A stretch of 58,755 nucleotides of DNA, taken from NCBI GenBank assembly GCA_019429125.1, contig JAHYJO010000007.1:1-58755 (forward strand). The letters are read 5' to 3'. The DNA comes from Nanobdellati archaeon. Its GTDB lineage: Archaea > EX4484-52 > GLR71. Below the pieces are notes generated by a model. It did not search any database. It was given only the letters and a program-made list of their open reading frames with translations, and was not told where the DNA came from. Made by a program: the position numbers and the translations under genes. Positions 48,361 through 58,755 of the stretch are shown here, one piece after another; the stretch's first letter is position 1; every line of letters begins with the position of its first letter.

Positions 48361-48630
48361 TTATAAATCCCAAAGAATTAAGAAGACAATAAGACCTATA
48401 ATAATATACAATTTTCCAAGAATTCGTTCTTTTCTCATGTATTTTTTACAGTCTGTGATTTTGAAGCCATATTCGTATCCTAAGTCCAGTTTTTTTATGA
48501 GGCGGTTGTAATTGGTGAAGCCTTTCTTGTACATATCCAATGACTTTCCAGGATATAATGTCCATAATGTGCCAAACATAATGAAGAATATTGACAGGAC
48601 CTTTAGCATGAGCAGAATAATAGGGGACAT
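48361..48630 (-). CDS. Small membrane protein
   Basis: Two terminal TM helices. Confidence 0.6.
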   Translation of the reverse strand: MSPIILLMLKVLSIFFIMFGTLWTLYPGKSLDMYKKGFTNYNRLIKKLDLGYEYGFKITDCKKYMRKERILGKLYIIIGLIVFLILWDL

Positions 48631-48792
48631 AGATATCTAATTGTTATTTGTTGGAGGGTGCTTAAATAAGTTATTGTTTAAGTTAGGCACTAGTAGCTAT
48701 TAATATTCATGAAGAACTGAAAATGTGATGAGGGGGTGTGACAATTTTAATCCAGATAATATATTAGCACAATCCAATCAAAAAATAGCTAA

Positions 48793-49137
48793 TCAGACCA
48801 AAGCAATACCTAACATAAAAATTGCAATGAAGATAAGCATTGCTCCTACTACAAACTGCAATATCCAGGCAAGAAATGCATTCAGCCATGACAGCTCGAA
48901 AAATTTCTTGTAGATAAATAAAAGCAATATGAAACCTAGCAAAGGAATTGATAACAAGCCACTTATAATTGCAACTATAAAGTTCAATAAAATCACTTTT
49001 AATATTGTAACTTCGCCGCCCAGAAACTTAACTGCAAAGTAAAGCGGCAATGATGCTAATACTAGAATTAATACATACCAAACAATCCCTAGACTTCCGA
49101 TAATACTTAAACCTAAGATTCCTGCTAAGATACTCAT
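48793..49137 (-). CDS. Small multi-pass membrane protein
   Basis: Hydrophobic; LYFAVKFLGG and F.LSW..AFLAW. Confidence 0.7.
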   Translation of the reverse strand: MSILAGILGLSIIGSLGIVWYVLILVLASLPLYFAVKFLGGEVTILKVILLNFIVAIISGLLSIPLLGFILLLFIYKKFFELSWLNAFLAWILQFVVGAMLIFIAIFMLGIALV

Positions 49138-49202
49138 AGTTATTATTTGTGGTCTGATTTATTTAAACATTACTTATTATTCATCAAAAATGAATGAATC
49201 AT

Positions 49203-49404
49203 ATATAGTCAAAGCGACAAATAATTAGAAAGTTTATGTGTAAAAAACCCATTTACCCATAATTTACTTAAACTACTCAATAACTCTGTTTTTTTAGAGA
49301 ATGAATACAGTTGTAATAATTCTTGTCTTGTTTTTTTCCAACAAAATTCTACTGGATTTTTATCAGGTGCTGCTGTTGAAAAATATTCATATTCTAACCA
49401 ATCC
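49203..49404 (-). mobile_element. IS630-family transposase 3' remnant
   Basis: APDKNPVEFCWKKT resembles the SPxLNPIE motif of IS630. Confidence 0.7.
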
Positions 49405-49701
49405 TTATTTGCATCATATTCTAGAAAAGACCGAATTGAAAAAATTGTATATATCACGCAAAAAGATAAAGAAATAATAGCTTTACCAAAATTAAGTTTT
49501 AATTTATCAACTACACAACGTTCTTTATTAAATTATTTAGAAAAAAATGAAATTTCAAACTATACTAAACTGGCAGAAATTATTGGAATCTCGAGAGCAA
49601 TGTTATATAATAATATTAAAGACCTTGTTAATACTGGATTAATTTCAGAAACTGAAAATGGGATTAAATTGACAGAGATAGGCATTATTGCAATTATGTA
49701 A
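49405..49701 (+). pseudogene. 5'-truncated CARF-HTH (Csa3-like) regulator
   Basis: LFASYSRKDRIEKIVYITQKDKEIIALPKLSFNLSTTQRSLL...LAEIIGISRAMLYNNIKDLVNTGLI...IKLTEIGIIAIM*. There is no start codon, and the fragment abuts the IS630 remnant. Confidence 0.65.
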
Positions 49702-49780
49702 AGTTTATTATAACATACCACTAAAATAATCTGTAACTTAATTCTAAAAATAGAAACAATTACAATCTAATATTAAATTT

Positions 49781-49947
49781 AAGTTTGACAATTTAAGTGC
49801 TATTTCAGTCTTAAAAACCTATTTGACAGAAGTCCATTTTTTCAATAATTTCTTTATTTTTAATTAAACATAGTTCATTTATAGATGAAAATAAGAACAT
49901 GTCTATTTTTTCATGATTTTTGTAAATGTTAGCCAAACTATTAAATA
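49781..49947. mobile_element. Degenerate partial copy of MITE family B
   Basis: Blocks aagtttgaca, ctatttca, ctatttgacag and tcatgatttttgtaaat match the reverse complement of 8811-9065. Confidence 0.65.
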
Positions 49948-49987
49948 GAGTATAGAAAACTAAATGAAAAACGTACGAAATTTATAG

Positions 49988-51179
49988 AGAGTTTGGATTA
50001 ACCCCTTTAAAAAGTTCTTTTAGAAAAACAATATAAACATACGTTACTATATATATTATATGGTGACTGATATGGGTTTTAATCAATTTATCTTGAAAAA
50101 AACTATAAAAAAGTAAAGGGTCTTGGTGACCGTTTAGAGCTTATGAAAGACAAATTCGATTGGGAACCTTTCAGACCAATTATTGCTAAAGTCTTCTATG
50201 ATAATAAAGAAACAGGTGGAAGACCACATATTGAGGAAGTAATAATAATAAAGACTATGCTTCTTCAGTCATGGTATGGTCTTTCAGATCCAGAACTGGA
50301 ATTTATGATACATGATCGTCTTTCTTTCAGAAATTTTTTGGACTTTCCAAAAAATATTCCTGATTTTTCTACAATTTGGAAAATACGAGAACGATTAAAA
50401 AACACAGACATGGAAACTGAAATTTGGACAGAAGTACAAAGACAACTTGATGCAAAAGGTTATACTATCAAAAATGGTTCAATTCAGGATGCTGCATTTA
50501 TTGAGTCTGATTTGGGTAAGAAAAGACACTACAAAGAGAAAAAAGCAAAAAAGAAAGATGAATGTATTGAATATACAAAAAAACAAATTAGTCATATTGA
50601 TAAGGATGCTACATTTTCTGTAAAGAATAATCAAATCCATCATAGATATAAAACACATATAAAAATCGATAAGGATAGGCATTTTATACGAAAGTATAAA
50701 ATTACAACTGCATCTGTACATGATAGTAATATTGATTTGGCAACTACCGATGATGTAGTATATCGAGATCGAGGATATACTGGCAAAGAAACAATTGCAA
50801 AAGGTAATGCAACTATGAAAAGAGGTAATTTGACAGTTAGAGAAAAACGTAGAAATTATAAAATTTCAAAAAAAGAGCACCTGGAGAAAGACCGTTCTCT
50901 GTAATAAAAAGGGTGTTTAATGGCGAAAAAACTAGGGTTAAACGAATTGAATGAGTTTCAATAAAAGAAATGTTTAAATGTGTCGCATATAATCTCTATA
51001 ATTTAGTTACACAAGACAATAAGAACCTAGCGATAGCTATATAATTTGTAACAAAATATGAGGAGAAATAAGGAAAAATGACAAGATTTGATGTGAAAAT
51101 TAGGATAAACTATGTATAAATTTTATATTTATTCAAAAAATGAGACTTAATAAAAAAATAAGGAGTTATTCCGAGTCCT
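49988..51179 (+). mobile_element. IS5-family element with decayed transposase (main ORF 50143-50904)
   Basis: FDWEPFR, GGRP, LQSWYGLSDPELE..I.DRLSF, PDFSTIW, QDA, TTASVHDS and DRGY. Frameshifts occur at A-runs near 50095 and 50870, with an in-frame TGA near 50952. TIRs are imperfect. Confidence 0.85.
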
Positions 51180-51315
51180 ATATATTTCATAATAATCACA
51201 TAGACTCTGACATATATTATTAGTTATACATCTTTAATAATCTATGTTATTCGTAGATAGTATATGCAAGACATAAAAAGCTATTACCTAAAAAGAATAG
51301 AGGTAAGGTGTTATT

Positions 51316-53676
51316 TTGACTAAAAAAAATGTTGAACTTTTATCCCCCGCCGGGTCTTTTGAGGCACTTGTAGTAGCTGTCGCAAACGGTGCGGATGCGG
51401 TCTATATCGGAGGGAAAGAGTTCAATGCGCGAATTAATTCTGATAACTTTAATTTAAGTGATATGAAAAAGGCGATTAATTACTGCCATGTGCGAGGGGT
51501 TAAAGTCTATGTTGCTGTCAACACACTTGTAACTGATGATGAATTGACTTATGCACTTGAGTATGTGCGCAACCTATATAATTTAGGTGCTGATGCTGTC
51601 ATAATTCAGGACATGGGTCTTTTCGATTCTGTACGCAAGATATTTCCAGACCTTTCTTTACACGCAAGCACACAGATGACTGTGCATAACAGTGGTGGTG
51701 CTTGCTTGTTGAAGGATATGGGCGCTGAAAAGGTCATTGTAAGTCGTGAGATGGCGCTTTCTGATATCAAGACTATAATTGATGATGTTAAGGTACCAAT
51801 TGAAACTTTTTGTCACGGAGCAATTTGTATGTCTTATTCTGGGCAGTGTCTTATGAGTAGTTTCATGTTTGGTCGGAGCGGGAATCGTGGCGTGTGTGCG
51901 CAACCTTGCAGGCTCAAGTATTCGTTATCATTTGATGATGAACCAACTTACCTATTATCCCCGCATGATCTTTGTACTGTTGTGCGGGTTAAATCGCTCT
52001 GTGATGCTGGGATTTCAACACTAAAAATTGAGGGGCGGATGAGAAGTCCTGAATATGTAGCAGGTGTAACTTCGGCTTACAGAAAGGGTATTGATACTGG
52101 AAATATAACTGATGTCAGTAATTTATCAAAAGTATTCAATCGTGGGTTCACAGGGGGTTTCATACTGGGTGACTCGCATAATCTTATGAATCCTGTGCGC
52201 CAGAACAATCTTGGGCTTTATATTGGAAAAAGTATAGCATATGATGACAGGACACGGCTTATGCAGATTAAGCTCAATGAAGATTTGACTGTGGGTGACG
52301 GACTGCGGATTGATTCAGAAGACGGTGAGATTGGCGTTAAAGTCAAAAGCATAATTACTGGTAAATTTGATAGACCAAAAGATGCACATAAAGGTGACAC
52401 CATATCACTTAAAGTTGAAAGTGCTGTCTCTTGTGGGTCTCAGGTCTACAAGACATTTGACAAGAAGTTTGATATGTGGGCAAAAGATACATACTGTAAA
52501 GATAAAGAGATCCGAAAAGTTGGTGTTGATGTAAAGGTTGTGCTTAAAGAAGGTTTGCCATTGATGTTGACCCTGTCTGACGGAATAAATAGTGTGTCTG
52601 TAAAATCTAGTGTGATTGCTGAAAAAGCGATTAAGTTCCCTATGATAAATGAAACATTACTTGAACAAGTATCTAAATTAGGTAATACGCCATTTGAAAT
52701 TAAGGATATCTCTTTTGATATTGATTGTGGGCTTATTATTCCACTTAGCGAACTTGGTCGGGTGCGCAAAGATGCGGTTTCTATGCTTGAGGGGAAAAGG
52801 AAGGCTGTCGTTAGGGTGATGGATGAGAAGACGTTTAGGGATAATGTTCAAAAAACTATTGTTCCGATTCATAAATCAAAAGTTAAAAAAACTAAACTGT
52901 CTGTACATGTCAATGATATGAGTGGTGTTGAATCTGCGGTTTTGTCTTCAGCTGATGAGATTATTGTCGGGAACGGTTTTGACCCTAAAGGTAAAAATGA
53001 TGTTATTGCGATGTGTGCGCTTGTCAAAGAATCGGGTAAAGTTTTAGTGTTTGGGACTCCTACAATATTAACTGATGCTGAGGTTTCTGAGGTTTTGGAT
53101 ATTATTGGTGTGGTTAATCCCAATAAGGTGCTTTTATCTAATTTAGGATTACTTAAAAGTCTTTCTGGGACTGGCCGTGAGATATGTCTTGACTATCCAT
53201 TGAATGTTTATAATACACAGACTGCAAAGGCTTTGTCTTTAACTGATGTCAAAAGGATGTGTGTATCAGTTGAACTTCCACTTTCAAAGATTAAAAAGAT
53301 AAAAGCTAATGTTGATATGGAATGTATTGTTCATGGAAGGCTTCCGCTAATGACTACTGAGCATTGCATATTCAAGAGCAAGTGTTCAAGGCAATGTGAA
53401 AAAGATATTGCGCTTGTTGACCGTCTTAATATGAAATTTCCAATTAAGGGCGTATATGGGTGTAGGATGCAGGTTTTAAATTGTAAGACATTATCTTTAA
53501 TTAGGCAGATGAATGAGTTTGTAGGTTTTGCAGATTGTATTCGGTTGGATCTTAGGGCTGAGGAAACAGATGAGATTAAGATGATAATTGAGGCGTACAG
53601 GAATTCTCTTGACGGAAAGACGTTTGATACTATAATTCTTATTGGTAATGAGTTTACAAGAGGGTTGTATTTCTGA
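51316..53676 (+). CDS. Peptidase U32 family protein with DUF3656 (RlhA-like RNA hydroxylase)
   Basis: ELLSPAGS, GADAVYIG, HASTQM, HGAICMSYSGQC, RSGNRG.CAQPCR, KIEGRM and KLGNTPF. Confidence 0.88.
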   Translation: MTKKNVELLSPAGSFEALVVAVANGADAVYIGGKEFNARINSDNFNLSDMKKAINYCHVRGVKVYVAVNTLVTDDELTYALEYVRNLYNLGADAVIIQDMGLFDSVRKIFPDLSLHASTQMTVHNSGGACLLKDMGAEKVIVSREMALSDIKTIIDDVKVPIETFCHGAICMSYSGQCLMSSFMFGRSGNRGVCAQPCRLKYSLSFDDEPTYLLSPHDLCTVVRVKSLCDAGISTLKIEGRMRSPEYVAGVTSAYRKGIDTGNITDVSNLSKVFNRGFTGGFILGDSHNLMNPVRQNNLGLYIGKSIAYDDRTRLMQIKLNEDLTVGDGLRIDSEDGEIGVKVKSIITGKFDRPKDAHKGDTISLKVESAVSCGSQVYKTFDKKFDMWAKDTYCKDKEIRKVGVDVKVVLKEGLPLMLTLSDGINSVSVKSSVIAEKAIKFPMINETLLEQVSKLGNTPFEIKDISFDIDCGLIIPLSELGRVRKDAVSMLEGKRKAVVRVMDEKTFRDNVQKTIVPIHKSKVKKTKLSVHVNDMSGVESAVLSSADEIIVGNGFDPKGKNDVIAMCALVKESGKVLVFGTPTILTDAEVSEVLDIIGVVNPNKVLLSNLGLLKSLSGTGREICLDYPLNVYNTQTAKALSLTDVKRMCVSVELPLSKIKKIKANVDMECIVHGRLPLMTTEHCIFKSKCSRQCEKDIALVDRLNMKFPIKGVYGCRMQVLNCKTLSLIRQMNEFVGFADCIRLDLRAEETDEIKMIIEAYRNSLDGKTFDTIILIGNEFTRGLYF

Positions 53677-53769
53677 AAAATTAAATTGGATTTTATGGGT
53701 TAAAAGCAGGACCATGACCTGAGAGTACTTTGCATAAACCTTCTACTTTTTTTGTTTTAGAACGTGAAT

Positions 53770-54309
53770 CTAAAGTATAGGTATTATGTTCTGGTGACCT
53801 TGAATAAAATCTGCAATATTTTTAAATTCTAGTTTATTAAGCATCAAGTCTCCAACAATTGCAACAATACCGTCAAGAGTATTTACTAATACACTCTGAT
53901 CATGACTGGTTTCAGGACCAGGTGTTTGTATAATTTTTATATCTTTTGCAGAAAAGAACTTATAAGTATAAAACATATGAGGATGTTTACGATTATGATA
54001 TGAAGAATAAGAACCATATATTGTTGCGCCAGTGTCACTACCTAAATATCTTATAAGACCTGTATGATTGGGATGATTATGAGTGATTATAGCAGTATAT
54101 ATGTCCTGGTGTGTTATGTTATAAGGGCTATCCTTAAGCTAATTGTCAAGGTTTTCTGGAATATCTCATATACTTCCTGCATCAACAAGAAGATACTTTG
54201 TATTATTATCATCTTCATAGATAACTAATGTTACAGTTGCAGGAGCAATTACACTATCAGAACCATCTATTATTAGATTACATTTATGTAAAACATAGAC
54301 ATCTGCCAT
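53770..54309 (-). pseudogene. Metallo-beta-lactamase-fold hydrolase pseudogene
   Basis: TVTLV...LLVDAG, ITHNHPNHTG, TPGP and AIVGDL; in-frame TGA and TAG stops. Confidence 0.7.
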
Positions 54310-54658
54310 GTGAGGTATTAAATATGATGAATTTTAAAACGGTTTTGGGTGTTTAGAAAGTCATCATTTCTATTCTTGCAAAAAATAGAAACAAATGAAA
54401 AATCAAATAATATTATTTATTTTAGTATCATTTAAAATCAGTAAAGACGTTTAACATCATGTGCTGTAAGATATTCGTTAAAATCTGAGTCACTATGCTC
54501 GGAATTTAGATATCTCACCCATAATGGTAGCTCATGTGCAATTACAATATTTTCAAAAGAACAAGAAAACCATAATCATCTATAGGGACATTACACCATT
54601 CATTGTCCTTTAACATTTGTAGAATAGGATAGATTACATGATTATCTATATGATCTTT

Positions 54659-55030
54659 TCAAAAGAACCCCACTGCAGCAGTTATGTATGATTCCACTAT
54701 AAATTCCACACCTGAATGAGTATTTATTTTACCATCTACAATTTGTTCTTCAATATAGTTTAATAGATTAAAACGTTCCGATTCACTGAAAACATTGTTT
54801 GTTGTTTCTCTACCACTCTCATAATGTTTTAGGACGAAAGTAACATTAGAATTGCAAAAATATCCGTGAAATTTTACATCATTTGAGATTAATTGGACAC
54901 CTGTGTTAATTTGTGGTTTAAATGCATTTAATGAAACATTATTGCCTTTTGTGAGTAATTCAGATATAAAAGGCATATACAAAAGATGAATTTTAAAAAG
55001 GTTTTGTGTGTGTTTAAGGAGTATTTTCAA
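54659..55030 (-). CDS. Hypothetical protein (likely start ATG 54976)
   Basis: ORF only; no motif recognised. Confidence 0.5.
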   Translation of the reverse strand: MKILLKHTQNLFKIHLLYMPFISELLTKGNNVSLNAFKPQINTGVQLISNDVKFHGYFCNSNVTFVLKHYESGRETTNNVFSESERFNLLNYIEEQIVDGKINTHSGVEFIVESYITAAVGFF

Positions 55031-55214
55031 TTAGAACATTTATCTTTTTTCTTTCAAAAATATAAACAATACCGGCACTGAAAATAGCATTGCTACGCTA
55101 ATTACAAAAGTAGTATTGATTTAAAAATATTCTAATTAAATCAGTAAACATCCTAATTGTAATTGAATTATAGCAAACCAAGAAAGTAATTCCAGTTTTA
55201 CTCAATAAATCTCT

Positions 55215-55485
55215 GTATAGATTCTAGACTACAAATATTCATAATTTGTTCTTGCGACGTATTTTTTGTGAACCCACTTATAGATGTAGCTAACTGATGT
55301 GTGCTTGAAAAATGACGATTATTCAATAATTTTTGACTTATACAACCACCAATGTTCTTGCAGATTCATATCTGGTGAATCTGGAGGCATGAATTCAAGT
55401 TTAATATTAGGGTGCGGGATAATGAATTCCTTAACTTTTCTCGCTTTATGAACTTGAAGATTATCAAGATATAATATCACATTTG
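55215..55485 (-). mobile_element. IS630-family transposase 3' remnant
   Basis: NVILYLDNLQVHKARKVKEF...LEFMPPDSPDMNLQEHWW. Confidence 0.78.
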
Positions 55486-55586
55486 TGTGTGTTTAAGAAC
55501 ATAATATGTATTTTGAGGGTTTAGGGTTATATGTTTGTTTGAGGGAGTATATCCTATTTAATATGCATAAGACTGAATATAATTAA

Positions 55587-56447
55587 TTATTTCAGCCTTT
55601 TTCCAATGTAATCAAAGTTTTCCTTTAAGAAGTTGGCGTTTGTTGTGTAACGCAAGATATGTTGCCTGCCTGAATGAGGAGTATTTATATCTGACCACTT
55701 AAGAGATTTTAAAAGCAGAGATGATGCAACTATAAGATCTGTCTCAGATGTATCTTTCTGTTCAACTATCAATTCCATGTAATATTTGCCATCATCTTTA
55801 AATTCAAAATAACCTAAAATCTGATTGCCACGATAGATTTCAAGTTTTAATCTCTTTTGATAATCAAAATCATCTTTATTTATATCAAAGAACTCTTCTG
55901 CATACTTATCTGCGTGCGCTAATACTTCTGAATATATATCTTTGCCGTTTTGATTTATATCCTTAAGGTATATTTCAATTAAAAGACTAAGTCTCTCTTT
56001 TTGTGAAAGCTTGTCAATATAATCTCTTTCAAATATTGAATTGATAGCATTGTCAAGGTACACTATCGGTGTCTTATCGAGGTATCCATAATCAAATGAT
56101 ACGTCTTTTTGCGTAGAATTTAATCTTGAAAGAAAATTATCAATAGCTGTATAATTTTTTAAATCCAAAGGTGATGCATAATCATTGAGGTCTATTCTTC
56201 TTGTTGGTATCTTTTTACCATTTCGGAATAGGTCACTTATATTGTTCAGACCATCATTTACACAATCAGCAAGACATGTTTTATTTGATAAGAATAAAGG
56301 AAGACCGTTATCTGCACGGACACTTTTTACTTTAGTTCCTTTTAATTTGCCATCAGTATCCAGTGCGTTAAATTTTTCGACATAATACCCTCTTAGAGCC
56401 GAAAATAAATCACTTATCATTAAATCATCTTTTGACATAAAACACAA
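55587..56447 (-). CDS. Hypothetical protein (orphan)
   Basis: 286-aa ORF; no motif recognised. Confidence 0.62.
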   Translation of the reverse strand: MCFMSKDDLMISDLFSALRGYYVEKFNALDTDGKLKGTKVKSVRADNGLPLFLSNKTCLADCVNDGLNNISDLFRNGKKIPTRRIDLNDYASPLDLKNYTAIDNFLSRLNSTQKDVSFDYGYLDKTPIVYLDNAINSIFERDYIDKLSQKERLSLLIEIYLKDINQNGKDIYSEVLAHADKYAEEFFDINKDDFDYQKRLKLEIYRGNQILGYFEFKDDGKYYMELIVEQKDTSETDLIVASSLLLKSLKWSDINTPHSGRQHILRYTTNANFLKENFDYIGKRLK

Positions 56448-56580
56448 CCATTTTAATCAAATACTACATTAAATATTGAATTGATTACTTTTATAAACAT
56501 TTACCCATCACGAGTCACAAACAAAAACAGATAAATACACAAGAACATAATTTATTATACTTATAACTGTAAGTGATATT

Positions 56581-57231
56581 ATGAAAATTATTATTGTCGG
56601 TGGCGGAAAAATTGGAGAACACCTTACTAGGGTACTCTCAAAGAAAAAACATAGCATAACACTCATTGAAAATGAGAAGGAACTGTCACAAGAATTGGCG
56701 TCAAACCTTGATGCGCTTGTCATAAATCAGGATGGCACGACGATGTCCATACTTAAAGAGGCAGGCATAAACAAATGCAATGTAGTTATAAGTGTCACAG
56801 GTGATGACAAGACAAATCTTATGGTATCAGAAATCGCAAAAAGTATAGGTGTGCCAAAGATAATTGCAAGAGTGAATAATCCAGGAGATGAGGAACTTTT
56901 TGTTAAGCTGGGCATATCCCTTGTTGTTCCTGTCACACAAAATACAATTAACACAATTGAGAATGCTCTCCTTGACGGTAATGTGCGCATACTTGCTAAA
57001 ATCGGTGACGGTAAAGCTACAATTGTTGAAGTTGTTGTTGAGGATGGGAGCGCAATAGCCAACCATAAAGGCAATATTCTTGAAGGTGGTATCATATCTG
57101 CCATATACAAGACTGGTACTGTAACAATACCTGACATCAAGACCAAGATTGAGGTTGGAGATGTTCTTATCATAGTTGCGCAAGATGCACACTTAAATAA
57201 GATAATTAAGATTGCTAAAGCAAAAAACTAA
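56581..57231 (+). CDS. trkA: Trk potassium uptake NAD-binding subunit
   Basis: IIVGGGKIG, DGT...LKEAG, TGDDKTNL, IIARVN and an RCK-C domain. Confidence 0.92.
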   Translation: MKIIIVGGGKIGEHLTRVLSKKKHSITLIENEKELSQELASNLDALVINQDGTTMSILKEAGINKCNVVISVTGDDKTNLMVSEIAKSIGVPKIIARVNNPGDEELFVKLGISLVVPVTQNTINTIENALLDGNVRILAKIGDGKATIVEVVVEDGSAIANHKGNILEGGIISAIYKTGTVTIPDIKTKIEVGDVLIIVAQDAHLNKIIKIAKAKN

Positions 57232-57249
57232 AAAATAAAAGTTGATGAT

Positions 57250-58626
57250 ATGAAAAATGTTATGTCCTATGTGGGTCTTTTGCTTGAGATATTCTCTATA
57301 TTTCTTATACTGCCTATAATTGTAGCATATATATATGGAGAATCCGCAACACCTTTTTTTGTGACGTTCACAATATCCATATTCTTAGGTATATTTCTTG
57401 AAAAATACTTCAATAGAGAAACACTTGACATATCAAGAGGGCTTGTCATAACAGCTCTGACATTCATCATGTTTTCAGTTCTTGGAGCCATACCATTTCT
57501 TCTGATGACTACAGGAGAACCACTGGGCGCTGTTGATGCACTCTTTGAAAGCGTTTCTGGGTTCACAACAACGGGTCTTACAGTGTTCTCAGATGTAGAA
57601 AGCATTCCTAAAAGCATACTGTTCTGGCGAAGTGAGATACAGTGGGTCGGTGGTATGGGTATAATTATCCTTTTCTTATCTATACTTAGCGGGCTTAAGA
57701 CGTCATCTATGGCACTTTACAGTGCGCAAGGATACAATGAGAGGATTGAGCCGACAATCAAAGAGACATCACAGAAGATGATCAAGATATATCTTACATA
57801 TTCATTGTTTGGGGTTTTTGCGCTTTACCTTACAGGACTCAACTTATTTGAAGCGATTGCAACTATGTTTAGTGCAATATCAACTGGTGGATTTACTGTA
57901 GTCAACCAGTTCTATACGGCTAACTGGACTCTTGCAATTGTATCTGTACTTATGATACTTGGGTCTATTAATTTCATAATACATGACAAGATATTTAAGA
58001 GAAAGTTTGATATGATAAAAGAAAATATTGAGATTAGGTCATTTTTTGCAACACTTATCTTATTCATTACAATTATATTAATTGTTACAAAATCTCTTAA
58101 ACTATCACTATTTCAGGCTATATCTGCACTCACTGCGACTGGTTTCAGTATAAGTGATGTTAGCGGGTTTGCGCCGGCAATCATATTTGTGACAATAATT
58201 GCTATGGTTGTCGGAAGCTCTTCTGGGTCTACCGCAGGAGGTATAAAACAGATGAGATTGATACTTGCAATCAAATCAATTTTCTGGGCCATAAAGAAGA
58301 CTACACTACCAAAAGATGCAGTCATACCTTTTAAACTGGGTGGCAAAAGCATTGAAGATGATGTCATCAAGATAACGCAGGTTTTTATATTCACATATGT
58401 TGCAATACTTATCATTGGTTCACTTTGTCTTATGGGGTACGGATATGCACCAATAGAATCACTGTTTCAGGCTGCTTCTGCCATGGGAACTGTTGGTATG
58501 TCAATGATTGATGTAGGGGCCGCTGTGGCAGGAGTCAAGATAATACTTATGGTCTGCATGTTTTTAGGTCGGCTTGAAATATTTCCGATACTTATCCTTA
58601 TCGAAAGGATTATGAATAAACGATGA
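57250..58626 (+). CDS. trkH: Trk potassium uptake membrane subunit
   Basis: FESVSGFTTTGLT, QWVGGMG, STGGF, GSTAGGIK and MFLGRLEI. Confidence 0.95.
   Translation: MKNVMSYVGLLLEIFSIFLILPIIVAYIYGESATPFFVTFTISIFLGIFLEKYFNRETLDISRGLVITALTFIMFSVLGAIPFLLMTTGEPLGAVDALFESVSGFTTTGLTVFSDVESIPKSILFWRSEIQWVGGMGIIILFLSILSGLKTSSMALYSAQGYNERIEPTIKETSQKMIKIYLTYSLFGVFALYLTGLNLFEAIATMFSAISTGGFTVVNQFYTANWTLAIVSVLMILGSINFIIHDKIFKRKFDMIKENIEIRSFFATLILFITIILIVTKSLKLSLFQAISALTATGFSISDVSGFAPAIIFVTIIAMVVGSSSGSTAGGIKQMRLILAIKSIFWAIKKTTLPKDAVIPFKLGGKSIEDDVIKITQVFIFTYVAILIIGSLCLMGYGYAPIESLFQAASAMGTVGMSMIDVGAAVAGVKIILMVCMFLGRLEIFPILILIERIMNKR

Positions 58627-58755
<129 letters not shown>

Noticed and set aside
2677-58415. 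Numerous antisense or nested ORFs in the track (e.g. 3375-4034, 26098-26511, 30209-30826)
   Set aside because: They are shadows of well-supported genes and carry no motifs.

Overview
Archaeal chromosomal segment, AT-rich and probably from a small-genome DPANN-type lineage (an inference from gene content and divergence). Informational core genes: ArgRS, Trm56, Taw1, RNase Z, EndA, tRNA-Phe and tRNA-Asn, Topo VI A/B, Dim2, RIO1, aIF-1A, Nmd3, aIF-2beta, an RPA subunit, MCM, TBP, MtaB, Trm11, FEN1. Metabolic and transport genes: porGDAB, MtaD, R15P isomerase/eIF2B-like, TrkAH. These are interleaved with orphan ORFs, pseudogenes, IS remnants (IS66, IS630, IS5) and at least three non-autonomous MITE families. 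Highlights: (i) two dispersed paralogs share an N-terminal 'EKKHF + hydrophobic helix + HxLS' anchor but carry different tail-fibre-like C-terminal modules, both split near the anchor and both with a MITE just upstream; (ii) the aIF-1A gene, missed by the ORF track, has no ATG/GTG/TTG start and appears to start at ATA; (iii) a three-small-ORF operon has a structured leader; (iv) an IS66 has disrupted a DpnII-like restriction nuclease, leaving an orphan Dam methylase; (v) tandem-repeat expansions occur at gene 3' ends (18-bp, 15-bp, AAT). All family assignments come from motif recognition, not database searches.
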